DNA from: Octopus vulgaris
Taxonomy: Eukaryota
Reading direction: 5' to 3'
Assembly: GCA_951406725.2 (NCBI GenBank)
Contig: OX597831.1
Coordinates: 1,178,001 to 1,242,000, forward strand
DNA: 64,000 nucleotides
The notes under the pieces were generated by a model. It was given only the letters and a program-made list of their open reading frames with translations. It searched no databases and was not told the DNA's origin. Position numbers and translations under genes: made by a program. This document shows, in pieces, positions 1 through 13,550 of the stretch (the stretch's first letter is position 1; every line of letters begins with the position of its first letter).

Positions 1-120
1 AGGTACAATAAATTCAGGGTGAATACTTGATAAATGTAAGCACCTGTATATGCCAGCTAGTAGCAGAGGTGAGAGGATATATGTATCAAATGAAATAAAA
101 AACAGAACACAAAGGATGTC

Positions 121-212
121 GCGGTACGCATGTTTCGAGCTTTATAAAACAACTTATTCTTACATCAATGTATAATCGACATAACAGATAGTTTAAAGCC
201 CTCTTCAGCCGC
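121..212 (-). ncRNA. Type-I minimal hammerhead ribozyme motif, intact core
   Basis: Minus strand: GCGG-CTGAAGA-GGGCTTTA...TAAAGCTC-GAAAC-ATGC-GTA-CCGC. Stem I 4 bp, stem II 8 bp, all core nucleotides present. Confidence 0.8.
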
Positions 213-875
213 ATGCAATTGCTACACCAAAGACTTGTATCACATTATGAAAGGTCTGAGAAAGAACATTTGGTATTATTTATAATGGTAGGTAAACTGA
301 GTGGACAAAGGAAAGAACGAGGCAGTCAACACATTTAGTAGGAGTTACATATATTATTTAATAACAGTTTAACTAAGCTCTGTGCAACTTGAAGTTTCAC
401 AGCCTCGTAGAATGACCTTCTACCATCAGGCATCTTTAGACACCTGACAAGACAGGTTCGTTCTATGAAACTTTAAGTCTATTTCAGATATATTTTCCAT
501 ATAATTTGGCATTTATTCCAAAGAGTTAACCGAACACTGAATTTAGTGTATGGATCTAAATTATCACCTATGAATATTTGCAGTGGATTTGAACATAAAA
601 CATACATGATGTTAGGCATACATTTAGCTGTTTTCTTCCTACTACAGGAAAGATGTATATACAGGCTGCTTCCAAATTTTTGACTATGTTGGTTTACACA
701 AGCAAAGATGAGAATGGCAGTTTTACAACTATATATGTATGCATTCATGTAAGTGTTTAGACATGTGTAAGTATACAGTATGTTTATCTATGTATATATG
801 CATAAAGTCATGTGCATCTCTGTAAAAAAATGTCCCAAGAAATCTTTACATATATACATACATGCATGGAAGCAT

Positions 876-927
<52 letters not shown>

Positions 928-932
<5 letters not shown>

Positions 933-1181
933 TAAATACATGTGGGTGGGTGTTTATATATACATTTGCACACACAAACACACACGAATGTTTATATGCA
1001 TGGATATATATATGAATGTTTATATGAATATGTGTATATGCACATGTATGCACAAATACATGTGGGTGGGTGTTTATATATACATTTGCACACACAAACA
1101 CACACGAATGTTTATATGCATGTGGATATGCATATATGAATGTTTATATGAATATGTGTATATGCACATGTATGCACAAAT
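928..1181. repeat. About 120-bp direct tandem duplication in microsatellite-like sequence
   Basis: tgtgggtgggtgtttatatatacatttgcacacacaaacacacacgaatg occurs at 941 and again at 1061. Confidence 0.85.
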
Positions 1182-1198
1182 ATTCATGTGTTTATGTA

Positions 1199-1304
<106 letters not shown>

Positions 1305-1965
1305 AACAAATACATATTCTTGGCCAAGATTAGAAGATATTAATAGAAATTTTGAGATTTAGGAAATATTCTGTTTCTTGCAAGTTATTTTTTTACCCTC
1401 TCATATCTCCTCTTATTCATGACAATAAACGGTAAAAGAATTCCATAAAACAGCAGTTAAAAGATTTCTTCAAATTTCTTCTTTTTTTTTTCACACAAAG
1501 ATGCATCACAATCAGCATCACCACCATGATCATCATCAATTATTCATTTCCTGTAGATGTGTGTGAAATAAAGTGAGTTACTTCACTTGATCGATCTGCT
1601 ACATCTATCACATTATATTAGTTGTTTCAAGGAGCCACCCCATAATCCACAGATCTAAGGCTCACCTCATGGCATTAAGCAGATAACATACAAATAACTT
1701 CCCCCACTCCCACCACACTGAGATGCCTACATAGGCAATTTACCACTGAGGGAAGAAGGGGTTGAACTTAGCACCAATAAATCATACTCATCAACATTAG
1801 AGTGCAATGACTGATGAGTTACACTACCCTGTAATGAGTGAGCCTTAACATGTTTATTTGGTTTGGAAGAAATAGTAGCTAAATTTCCCTCAAGTCACAT
1901 TTTTCCATCTTAAAATAGGGAAAAAACACACTAAATAATGTAGTTTAAGATGTCAAGAAAAACTT

Positions 1966-2325
1966 GGCATGGCTGTGTGGTAAGAAGACTGCTTCCCAAC
2001 CATGTGGCCTTGGGTTTAATCTCACTATGCTACAGCCAGGGCAAGTGTCTTCTACTATAACACTGGGCCAACCAAAACCTTATGAGCAGATTTGGAAGAC
2101 TGAAACTAAAAGAAGCCCATTACATCTGTGTGTATGTGTGTGTGCGCGCGCGTAGGTGCATGCATGGGTGTGTTTGTGTTTGTCATGCACCACTGCTTAA
2201 GAAGCAGTGTTGGTTTGTTTATGTCCCCATAACTTAGTGGTTCAGCAAAAAAGATGAACAGCATAAGTACCAGGTTTTAAAATATGTACTGGAGTCAATT
2301 CATTCAACTAAAACCCTTCAAGGTG
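1966..2325 (+). mobile_element. SINE family A (tRNA-derived), diverged copy
   Basis: tggctgtgtggtaag head, gggcaagtgtcttctactata, internal (TG)n and ccccataacttagtggttcagcaaa; collinear with the other family A copies. Confidence 0.75.
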
Positions 2326-2822
2326 GTGTGCTGAATTAGTAAAATCATTAGGACATTGGCAAAAAATGCTTTATGGTATTTGTCCCAGCTCCTTACATTC
2401 TCAAATAGATCCTGTTGAAGTCAACTGTGCCTTTCATCCATTTGGGGTTGATAAAATAATATACAATTCAAAAACTGGGGTCAATGCAGTCAACTAACCC
2501 ACTTCCTTCAAAATTGCTAACTTTGTACCAAAATTAGAAACAAACCTTTTATGTTTTAGAGGTTGGTAAAATAAAGTACCAGTCAAGTAATGGGGTCAAT
2601 AGCAATGACTAACTACTCCCTTCCAAATTTCGGGTCTTGTGTCTTAGTTGTATTCCCTCTTTATATTTTGAGTTCAAATTACACTGAGGTCAACTTTGCC
2701 TTTCATCCTTTTGGAGTCGATAAATTAAGTACCAGTTGCATACTGGGGTCGATCTAATAGACTGCCCCACTCCCCCAAAATTTCAGGCCTTGTGCTTAGA
2801 GTAGAAAAGAATATTATTATTA
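2322..2822 (+). mobile_element. Cluster of about 3 head-to-tail SINE family B copies
   Basis: Repeated gtcaactttgcctttcatcc...gataaa.taagtaccagt...tggggtc core, ending gtagaaaagaatattattatt. Confidence 0.75.
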
Positions 2823-2869
2823 TTAAAAATGTGGTTATAAAAAAATATTTTTAAATTATTTAAAAAAAT

Positions 2870-3261
2870 ACTGTGTGGTAAGTAGCTTGCTAACCAACCA
2901 CGTGGTTCCAGGTTCAGTCCCACTGTGTGGCATCTTGGGGAAGTGTCTTCTGCTATAGCCCCGGGCCGACCAATGCCTTGTGAGTGGATTTGGTAAACGG
3001 AAACTGAAAGAAGCTTGTCGTATATATGTATATATATGTGTGTGTGTGTTTGTGTGTCTGTGTTTGTCCCCCTAGCATTGCTTGACAACCGATGCTGGTG
3101 TGATTACGTCCCCGTCACTTAGCGTTTCGGCAAAAGAGACCGATAGAATAAGTACTGGGCTTACAAAGAATAAATCCCAGGGTCGATTTGCTCGATTAAA
3201 GGCGGTGTTCCAGCATGGCCGCAGTCAAATGACTGAAACAAGTAAAAGAGTAAAGAGAGAG
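2870..3261 (+). mobile_element. SINE family A, near full length
   Basis: A/B-box-like head (tgtgtggtaag...aggttcagtccc), gtgagtggatttggta.acggaaactgaaagaagc body, central (TA)/(TG) tract, tail gactgaaacaagtaaaagag. Confidence 0.85.
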
Positions 3262-3779
3262 TCCTAGTTAGATAACATGATGTTTGAAATAAAAAACAAA
3301 AATTAAGATGGTTACAACAAGAATATCTTTCACCATTGTTTTACTACATCAGGTCTAACCAAGGGCTAAACAACAAAAGCATTTAACACCAACTCTCGCG
3401 GCCAACTCAACAGGTACTGTTGAGTAATGAATATTAACTCTAATAAAAGTTGTAAGATAGGGATCTGCCCCTTACTTTCTAATGTTTCAAACAGGAATGG
3501 TTGGGGTGAGATAGATAACAGGTTTAAGAAGCAAACAATCCAAGTAGAAAATTTTTTCTTTATATTTTTTAAATCATTCAACTATAACAATACAAACAAT
3601 TACAGAGATAGGCTAGATCAGATGTTCTTTATTATTTAAACAATATATTACAAAAAACAAAAAAGATTTGAACATTATAGCAAATACACGCACGTTTACA
3701 CGCATACAAACACACCTATACATACACAAGCATATGTATATTCAAATACACTTACACATATAATGCATATATACAGGCT

Positions 3780-4440
<661 letters not shown>

Positions 4441-4789
4441 CATATACCTATACACAATGAATTTTATAGTGAATTGAGTCTGCAAAAATGTATAATAAAT
4501 ATGAATAATGTCAATAAAATCATAAATCTTTTATTTCTTTGAGACTTTCAACTTCAGAGTCAAGCTAATGTTTAAACTGTTTTTGTTGCTGTTGTTCTTG
4601 TTGAGGTTCTTCTTCTTGTTACATCCATTGTTGTTGTTGTTGTTGTTGTTGCTGTGTCTTCCTTTTGTTAATATTATTTTGTATGCATTAACAAAATACT
4701 GGTATTTTTTTTTTTAAATTTAGCTGTCAGCATTAATATTCTATAAAAGTACTGTGATAGAGAATCGAAGAATCTTTCTGTAGATAAAC

Positions 4790-4897
4790 TTAGAATGTAG
4801 CGCCAGGGTGTGATGGTGGTGGTGGTGGTGGTATTGCTAAGGGTGATGGTTGTAGAAATGATTGCGTATAAGAAATGGGGAAAAAAGAAGCACATTG
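4790..4897 (-). CDS. Candidate terminal coding exon QCASFFPISYTQSFLQPSPLAIPPPPPPSHPGATF* (gene unknown)
   Basis: Follows (TG)n-TACAG; 36 codons to TAA; minus-strand AATAAA at 4530-4535. The Pro run is a (CCA)n microsatellite and no homology was recognised. Confidence 0.25.
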   Translation of the reverse strand, partial: QCASFFPISYTQSFLQPSPLAIPPPPPPSHPGATF

Positions 4898-6028
4898 CTG
4901 TACACACACACACACACACACACAAAGTAAATACAAAGTACACAAATATTCATGTATAAATGTATGTACAGACACACAAGTATGTATACACAAAGCAATG
5001 GATAACTATTAAAAAATAGTCACTAGCACACATATACACACAAAATCCAATATGGTGTTCTCTATTTATTAAGCATCAACAGATTATTTCAAGATTAAAA
5101 AGAAGAGAATCTATGCTAAAAAAACGGAGTGAAATATTTCAATATGTGTGGTTTACAGACAGATAGATGTTCAAACAGACGGTGTAGTGAATAATTTGTT
5201 CATCATTAAATTTAATATCTATTTGAGTTTTATGGGATTAAAATCAAAGTAATGACATTACATCCAACAAAAGGTTGTGGAAGAGAAAGGTACAATGGCA
5301 ACCTGAAGAAAATAACCTTCGCCTAAGTGGTTCGATAAGATATGGAATAGGGACTGCTTTAAATAATGAGGATATGTAGAATTTATAACTATGAAAAAAA
5401 AAAATGATTGAAATTTAGAGAGAAGAAAATGGTTGGTTTAGAAAAGAAAACGTAAAATGAAATGGGAGATCTTATTGTTATTATCAATTTTATTATTGTT
5501 ATTTTATTTGTTTATTTGTATAAAAGAAGTATTCAGTTTTTTTAGGATTATTTGGTTTATTTTTTCACAAAATAAAAATTGTGTAGTGGCTTTAAGGATA
5601 ACGATTTTTTTATTATTTAAAATATGGAAAAAAGACATTATGGGAGTTTGGAAAGTAAATGATGGGTTAATAAAATAATGACAAGGTAAAATAAAAAAAT
5701 AACACAGAAAAAAAAAAAGACAACAAAGATTTGATTGAAATGAGATGGGTTTGGTGGCTATAAAGAATTAAAGTAGTGGAAAATATTAACAGGTGTGAGT
5801 CATATTCTTGTCTTTTAATCTTCAGAGATTTAACTGGTTCATATTATCAGATGAATGATTTAGAAAGTTAACCTGTACTGATGGCAGACAAACTCTAACA
5901 GAAAAATGATTGCTGGTTTTAAGTAAAATGTCCAGCCTATTTTTAACAACTCAACCATGAATTTAAATATAGTGCCTTGATTAGAACTGGTTACTTTTAG
6001 TTTTATAGTCTTACCCAAGGTTGGGTTT

Positions 6029-6247
6029 TTAACCCTTTAGCATTCAGATTACTCTGTCAAATGTAATGTTTTTTTATTCACATTGTTTTGAATTAATCAT
6101 GCATTATCTTGTAGATTTGATATTGTAATGTGATCATATATTTTTAGAATGACATTGTAAGGTAGGTGTAAGAGGCCATATTCAGACAGTTTGAACATAA
6201 TACAAGTAGAATATTTTGGCCATGTATGACTTGTTTAAAGGATTAAA
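6029..6247 (+). mobile_element. TTAA-flanked MITE family M1 (piggyBac-like ends)
   Basis: ttaa-ccctttagcattcagattactctgtc...aaaggattaa; homologous to 6317-6537 and 35647-35868. Confidence 0.75.
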
Positions 6248-6316
6248 TTTACTTGCAACTAGTTCAACTTTTCTGGTTAGTAAATCAGTTAATTCTTTCC
6301 AACTCCTCCTCTATCT

Positions 6317-6537
6317 CTTTAGCATTTAAGTTGGCCTTATCTGACCCAAATATTGTATCTGTTTCATGTCCAAACTGGCCAGATCCTACCTCTCACACCT
6401 ACTCTACAATATAATTCCAAAATCAAACAATCACACACTTAAATCTTGTAGCTATGAGATAATGCATGATAAATTCAACACAATGTGAATACATAAGCAT
6501 TACATTTGACAGAGTAATCTGACTGCTAAAAGGTTAA
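6317..6537 (-). mobile_element. MITE M1, inverted copy
   Basis: Ends cattacatttgacagagtaatctgactgctaaaaggttaa, the reverse complement of the start of the 6029 copy. Confidence 0.75.
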
Positions 6538-6898
6538 ATGATGTTAGGCCATCATGAAAATACATTTTTTAAAAATGTTTCTGCCAGCTAGGAAGAAGTT
6601 GTTATAAATGAAAGGTGTTAATGATTTCAAACAAATCAGTTTTCAGTGAATGGAAATGAAATGAAACTGATCAATGAACTTGTACATTGCCATGGACTAA
6701 CCTAATCTATGGTTGGTAAAAGAATTAATTGTTCATTAGATCAATATGTTAATAAAAAAAAAAGAAACAGAAAATAGTTAAGTCACTGTTAAATATATTT
6801 AATGTTGTGAGCATTAAAAAGCTAATGAGAAATAATTAGAGTGAAATTATAAAAAAAACATTAGTCAATGACTAATATTGTTGTATGTACTTCAGTAA

Positions 6899-6952
6899 AT
6901 TTGTAAGACAACTCAGTCAGGTTTTGACCTTATTATGATCTCATCAGCAAAT
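6899..6952 (-). ncRNA. Decayed hammerhead motif (GAAA changed to AAAA)
   Basis: Minus strand: ATTTG-CTGATGA-GATC-ataataa-GGTC-AAAA-cctgactgagttgtct-TA-CAAAT. Stem I 5 bp. Confidence 0.55.
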
Positions 6953-7884
6953 CATACAAGTCTTCATACCTCCTAATGATGGGAGAATTATTAACTAAAT
7001 GTACAAGAATGTATACCGATTGATGTTGAAAATTAAATTTGTTTAGGGAATAGATTATTCTTCTTAACTATGGTTTGTAAAGAAGATATAATAAATAGTA
7101 AAAGTTTAGCTTTAAATATTTGATTGGTTTGTTTTGTCATTATCAATTACCTAAAACTACTTTTTTCAATAACATATTATCTATAGGTTGTACATAGGTA
7201 AAGAGATCATTTGAGTGGTGTACAACAGAGATTAGCAGAGGTGATACACGAACTAAGAAACTGACCATAATGATTTCTATGTAAAACCAGGCTAACTGTT
7301 GGTTGGATGAAAAATCAAAAGATAAATTATTTACAAAATTCTGAATTAATGGCTGGAACAATCCAACTACTTACTGTAACTAAATATTAACTTATTAAAT
7401 AAATGGAATATTAAAAAGCTAACTAAAAATATATAAGCAGTGCAGAAAAACAAACAACATCAGTTAATAGCTCATATTTTCACAAGAAGTCTGAGACAAC
7501 TCTAGACATGTTTCTGTTTTATTCTGACCCCACTAGTGAAGTACAACCTTCACCATACTTGCTATAGTAATTATGAACGAACCATTAAATGTCTATAACT
7601 ATTGCTGGTGTAGGAAAATAGAACTGTTTAGAAATTAAATAATTCAAAGATACGGTTTGAATGAAGAACAATAATTAAGATACTTTAAAATATTTAATGC
7701 TGGGAGAATTTGATATTGTTTGGACAATCTCTGTTTGTACAATTAATTAATCATTATCATCCAGTGTGCCATAACCATCAAGAACCACAGACATCTTGCA
7801 ATTTCAAGATAGTCTGCTAGTTGCCACTCCACAATAGATATTTTCATTTTTAGCTAGGTGGATTGAAACATCATGAAGTGAAGC

Positions 7885-8915
7885 CATCATCATCATCATC
7901 AATTAATGTCCATTCTCCATGCTGGCATGGGCTGGATGGTTTGACAGGATCTGGCTAGCTGGAGAGTTGCTTGGACTTTATTTATCTGCTTTGGCATGGT
8001 TTTCTACAGCTGGATACCCTTCCTAATTCCAACCACTTTACAGAGAGTACTGGGTGCTTTTAATTTGGCACCAATACACAAGTGCTTTCATATGACATTG
8101 GCACAAGTGCTTTTATGTGGTACTAGTAAGGGCACTTTTATGTGGTACCAACATGGCACCAGCATGGCTGCTTTTATGTGAAACTGGCATGGGCACTTTT
8201 ACATAGCAGTGACATGGGTGCTTTACATGGCACCAGCACCTATGAGCCTGCAAAACTAAAATTTCACAGCTGAATAGAGGAACGCAGAGGTCAAGCCTGT
8301 ATGTATGGATGGCCACGATTTTATCTAGCTTGCCATATCTTCTCAAGCACAGCAAACTGCCAGAAGTCTTGGTCCCTTGTCATTTCCTCCATGAGGTCCA
8401 ACATTTGAAGAATCCATTCTCATCACTTTATCCCACATCTTTTTGGGTCTATCCATTCCACACATTCCCTCCACAATTGGACATTGGTACTTCTTGATGC
8501 AGTTGTCTTCATCCATATGCATCACATGACCATACCAGCACAGTCTTCTCTCCTGCACATTATATCTGATACCTCATATACCCAATTTTTATCTTAAATT
8601 ACTTACATTGTCATGCATGCACACTAATATTACCCATCCAGCTGAGCATGCTGGCTTCATTTCTTTCAAGCCTTCGCATGTCCTCAGTAATCACAGCCCA
8701 TGTAGCATAGCTGTTCATATACCAGCATCATACAATCTGTGTTTCACTCTAAGGGAGAGGCTCTTTGTTATGAACAAAGGTCGTAGCTCTCTAAACTTTG
8801 CCCAGCCCATTCTTATTCTAGCAGCTACACTTTCAGACCTACCTCCTTTGCTGCTAACTTAGTTGCCAAAGTAACAGAAACTGTCTACTATTTTTAAGGA
8901 TTCTATTGAACATTT
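7885..8915 (-). mobile_element. 5'-truncated RTE-clade LINE: RT C-terminal remnant, 3' UTR and (GAT)n tail
   Basis: Minus translation VDSFCYFGN*...ARIRMGWAKFRELRPL...QERRLCWYGHVMHMDED...VEGMCGMDRPKKMWD fits the RTE ORF end (RLRWxGHVxRM...GRPRKTW). Degenerate ~23-bp repeats at 8050-8240. Confidence 0.85.
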
Positions 8916-9364
8916 GAGGGGGACCCTGTACTAATTATGGTTAATTAACATCAAATTTGAACCAAGGGAAGCAGATGTAGTTTCTAACAAACATTTAGAC
9001 AAAGTACATATGATCAGCCATCTAATTAACTTAGTAGATGATGATTAGCTATCCAAGATATTACTGATGGAAACCATTGCTTACGGTGCTAACTGTAGAA
9101 CTGCCAGAATATACTACGGAGGATATGAAGGCAGACATGGATGAGTGTGAAATTAATGCCTGACAGTATTTAGTCCCAACCCCTCAGAGGTCCAAGTTTA
9201 AATATCATCTGTGCCAAATTCACCTTTCATTCTTCTAGAATTCATAAAATATGTAGCAAGGATAAACTAAGTCTATCCGAATTAAGCCATATGAATTCTC
9301 TATAAACGTGTGGCCCAGTGCCAATATATATAAAACAAATCAATATTTAAACAATGGTGGTGAT

Positions 9365-10091
9365 TATTTGAGATGCTTGCAATGGGACGAAACTGTCCTG
9401 CATGCAATAATTCAGTGGCTGTGCATTAGAGAGTTGTGGGATTGTGTGGAGCAGCTGTTGTCATGAATAAGACAAATTCAGCTGTCTGCTGAGTGTTTCG
9501 TGAAGATCAGCACGTCAACTTCCCTTAACAGAGAAGGAGGGCAGATCTTTCTCTGTTTAGTGGCCGTGGCAAAAGAGGCTGTGTGGTGGACCCACCTGAA
9601 AGGTTTGAAGATAGGCACATTCCTATCTGGTCAAGCCCTCATCGATTTCTTCAAATATCATTTGAAGAAGGTGAAGGTAGAGAGGGAGGTGCTACTTTCT
9701 AGTGTGTTTATCAAAAGGTGGTTGACAGTGGCAAGGCTTTTGAGACTGAATGGATCTACTCAGAATATGCTTTTCTAAGCAAGAGGAAAGAAACTGGAAG
9801 AGAGCACCTTCCCATGCCTTGGAGATGGCAGAGTAATCCGGGATTTCCATGTGGGGTTTACCCCAGATTACTCTAAGTGGACACCCCTGCTATTGAGGAT
9901 CCTATTTATCTATTTATTTATTATTTATCTATTTCTCTACTTTCTATTATATATCCTCTGTTATATCCTTTAATGTGGTAGTGTCTCTCCTTGATTGATG
10001 TTAACACCACATGTTTTTGTAAATTTTTGTGCTGTAACTCGTCCTTGGATATTGACCTCCATGTCTTGGGCCCTTGTGGCCAATAAAAGAA

Positions 10092-10142
<51 letters not shown>
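9365..10142 (+). mobile_element. 5'-truncated Tx1/L1-type LINE 3' end with (ATT)n tail
   Basis: RCLQWDETVLHAIIQ resembles the ORF2 C-terminal zinc knuckle; then LVAVAKEAVWW...RWLTVA, a T-rich UTR, AATAAA and (ATT)n. Confidence 0.7.
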
Positions 10143-10145
<3 letters not shown>

Positions 10146-10440
10146 CAAAATCGAAATCGATCAACATCAATGGAAATTGTAGCTGTGATACCAGTGCCAG
10201 TGGCACGTAAGAGAACCATCCGAATGTGGCCATTGCCAGCGCCGCCCCGACTGGCCTCCATGCTGGTGGCACGTAAAAAGCACCCACTACACTCACAGAG
10301 TGGTTGGCATTAGGAAGGGCATCCAGCTGTAGAAACACTGCCAGATCAGACTGGGCCTGGCGCAGCCTTCTGGCTTCCCAGACCCCAGTTGAACCGTCCA
10401 ACCCATGCTAGCATGGAAAGCGGACGTTAAACAATGATGA
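10143..10440 (+). mobile_element. Family C repeat (RTE-type 3' end), CpG-rich copy abutting the Tx1 tail
   Basis: gtggcacgtaaaaagcacc...ttaggaagggcatccagctgtagaaac...aacccatgctagcatggaaagcggacgttaaacaatgatga; same 3' end as the RTE at 7885. Confidence 0.8.
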
Positions 10441-10740
10441 TTATTTAGTGTGTGCTTATAAGGATTTATGTGCAGAAATATTTTAGTGTTCAGTACACAA
10501 CTGAATACAGAAAAGTCTCGGTGCAACTCTCAATTATATGGAGTTATTTAATACATATCAATATGTATTGGTAACTAGACCATTATTATAAAGTTCATAT
10601 ATTTGCATAAGATAGTGTACCATGACAAGTTTAAGAATACTGACATTTTTCTTGACACAGACCATCACAGGTTTCTTCGGACTTTGGTTTGTATATGAAA
10701 TAAAATCTATGGCACAGTTTCACAGAGATATCATTTGTTA

Positions 10741-11122
10741 CTCTTTACTCTTTTTACTCTTCTACTTGTTTCAGTCATTTGACTGTGGCCATGCTGGAGC
10801 ACCAGCTGGGTCAAGCAAATCAACCTCAGGACTTATTCTTTGGAAGCCTAGAACTTATTCTATCGGTCTCTTTTGCCGAACTGCTAAGTTAAGGGGATGT
10901 AAACACACCACCATCGGTTGTCAAGTGATGTTGTGGGGACAAACACAGACACACAAACATATACACACAGTATCAGTTTCCGTCTACCAAATCCACTCTC
11001 AAGGCTGTGGTCGGCCCAAGGCTATAGTAGAAGACGTTTGCCCAAGGTGCCATGCAGTGGGAATGAACTGGGAACCACGTAGTTGGTAAGCAAGCTACTT
11101 ACCACACAGCCACTCCTGCGCC
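10741..11122 (-). mobile_element. SINE family A
   Basis: Reverse complement of the family A sequence, ending cacacagccactcctgcgcc. Confidence 0.85.
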
Positions 11123-12045
11123 TATAATTAGTTCATTTTCCATATGCTTTTTGACACCAATGAGAGTTAGATGAATACATGTTATTTGAGATAATGTTTT
11201 TACAGCTAGATGCCCTTTCTGTCACTAACCCCTATCTGTTTTTCACAGAGGGGAATTTTTGTTCCACTCATCTTCAAATGTACAGTACTACAAATTGATT
11301 TATTGTCAGAAAAATATCAACAATGTCAACTTCTGTAGCTCAGTGGTTATTTTGGAGAAGCACAGAATATAAACATTTGCATAGGCTGCCCACCACCATT
11401 CTGGGGTTTGTACAGTTTCTGCCAACCAAATCCACTCACAAAGCATTGGTTGGCATAGGAAATATTTGCCTAAGGAACTCCTATGTGGTTAGTCAAATTG
11501 TTAGAAATAACAGTCAAATTTTTCTAAAATTATACTCTCCTATCTCAAAAAAATACATTGGGTTATTTACATGACTTTTGGAAACAAAAAAAATTATCAC
11601 AATTGGAATATCTTGTGACCTGTGGGTCTGCTTGATCAAGGTAAGACTTGGTGTTCAATTAAAAAAACAACAAGCTGCTCAATATTTATTCCCCAATAAA
11701 ATGGTGTGAATTTATTTTGTGTTATAATTCCAATATTTTTTTTTATTGTAATGCAATTATATTTCCAAGTCAATTTAATAGGGACACAAACAAAGTATGG
11801 TTTGAGCAATCTCAAAAGTAATCTTCTTAGTATTTTAGTAAATGAAAATATATGTTTGCAATAGTATGCTCAAAGGAATGCAAACGACAACCTGTAGAAA
11901 AGTATATCAGCAAAGTATAGTTAGGATGTGAAGCACTACTGCAATTAAATGTAAACAGCTACACAGGTCATAAGAATGAGAAAGAGAGATTGGGGAGAGG
12001 CGAGAGAGTGAGACAGAGGCAGAGAGAGAGAGAGAGAAGGAAACA

Positions 12046-12087
<42 letters not shown>

Positions 12088-12296
12088 GAGAGAGAGAGAG
12101 TAAAAATATTAAGTTGCCAACTACTGTTTACTCTGATTTCATCATCATCATTGTTTTAACATCTACTTATCTAAGCTTGCATATTATAATAAAATTTACA
12201 CACACACACACTTATATACATATAGACAGACAGACACACACACATATATATATATATATGCACATATGAATATATATCTGTATATGCTTACATATA

Positions 12297-13550
12297 CAAG
12301 AATACTCTGAATATGCCAGTACTGTAATTTTTGCAGTTGGTAGCTTGCCATCAAAATTCAAATACTGTAGTATACTGTACACATAACTGTTTGAAAATGC
12401 CAAAGAAAAAAATGGAAAGAAGAGAAAACCGAAGGGGAAACTAGCAGAATCTTTTCTAGTTAGCTTAAGAGGTTTTGAAAATGAACTGGAGTTCATAATT
12501 TTAGATTTTTACAGCAGGGCAAGTATGGATGGCAGTGGTGCCATCCATACCTATTGAAATGAATAATATCCTATTGAATTGAATGATGGTAGTTACATTG
12601 AAGAACAAATTATAAATGTCAATGAAACAGGATTATTTCGGAAACAAATGCCAAATAAAATTTACATAGTGAAGAAATAAGAAGTACAATCTGAAGTTTC
12701 CAAGCGGAAATCACTCAAGTTTATTTACACCTGGGAATGTTTGGAATAGACAACAGGAATGTCAAAGAACTGCTTCACTTGCATGATGTAGATTTAAATC
12801 ATGAAGACATTTTAAATTTAGAGCAGCAATGTGTATATGATGAAGATGATTGCTAAGACAGAAGATTTGAAGCTGAAACACAGACTGAAGGATTCTCAGG
12901 CAAAGCACTTGATGGGTTCTATTTTTAGAATAATCAAAGATGAAAGAAACTGCTGATCTAGAGTGCATGACAAACTGTCTGCTGTATTTAGTTATATTTA
13001 AATATATTCTGAGTTCAAATCTCACTGAGGTCAATACTGTTTTTTTCATAATTTCAAGTTCAATAAAATAAAGCACTAGTCCAATACACTAATCTAGGAT
13101 GCTTTATCTTATAAAGCATCCTAGATGCCAATGGAGTAGTGCAAATCAGAAGACAAGTTGAAAACACACTCAAACTCATGATACTCAAAGAGATGAATAA
13201 AGTAAAATCAATGCAAACATCTCATTTACAATATTTAAAAAATAATAAAAACATTTCATTTTTTTTCTTCCTGATATTACTGATGCAAGTCAATAAACTC
13301 GTAAAACATAAAACTGTGTTCAATTCATTTATTTCCTTCTATTTTTATCAATTTTTCACAAACTTTTTTATGTCTGGAATAGTGAAAGATTAAACATTTT
13401 TTCTATTTCTTTTCCTTTTTTTTTTTTCTTTATCAAAGTTTAGACATCAATCAGCAATTTAACATGTATTTATATATTTTGAATGCTGCAGTTTTAAATA
13501 CCCGGGTTTTCTAGCAGAATGCATTATCTACAGTAATTAGAGTATTACTC
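12297..13550 (+). mobile_element. Decayed Tigger/pogo DNA transposon
   Basis: About 12585-12690 translates GSYIEEQIINVNETGLFRKQMPNKIYI, matching the pogo/Tigger QIFNxDETGLFWKxMP motif. Weak TIR-like ends aatactct/agagtatt. SINE B fragment nested near 12990-13085. Confidence 0.7.

Noticed and set aside
1808-1845. CTGATGA followed by a small stem
   Set aside because: No GAAA and no stem I partner. The same applies to CTGANGA hits near 5303, 21570, 29085, 39330 and 44779.
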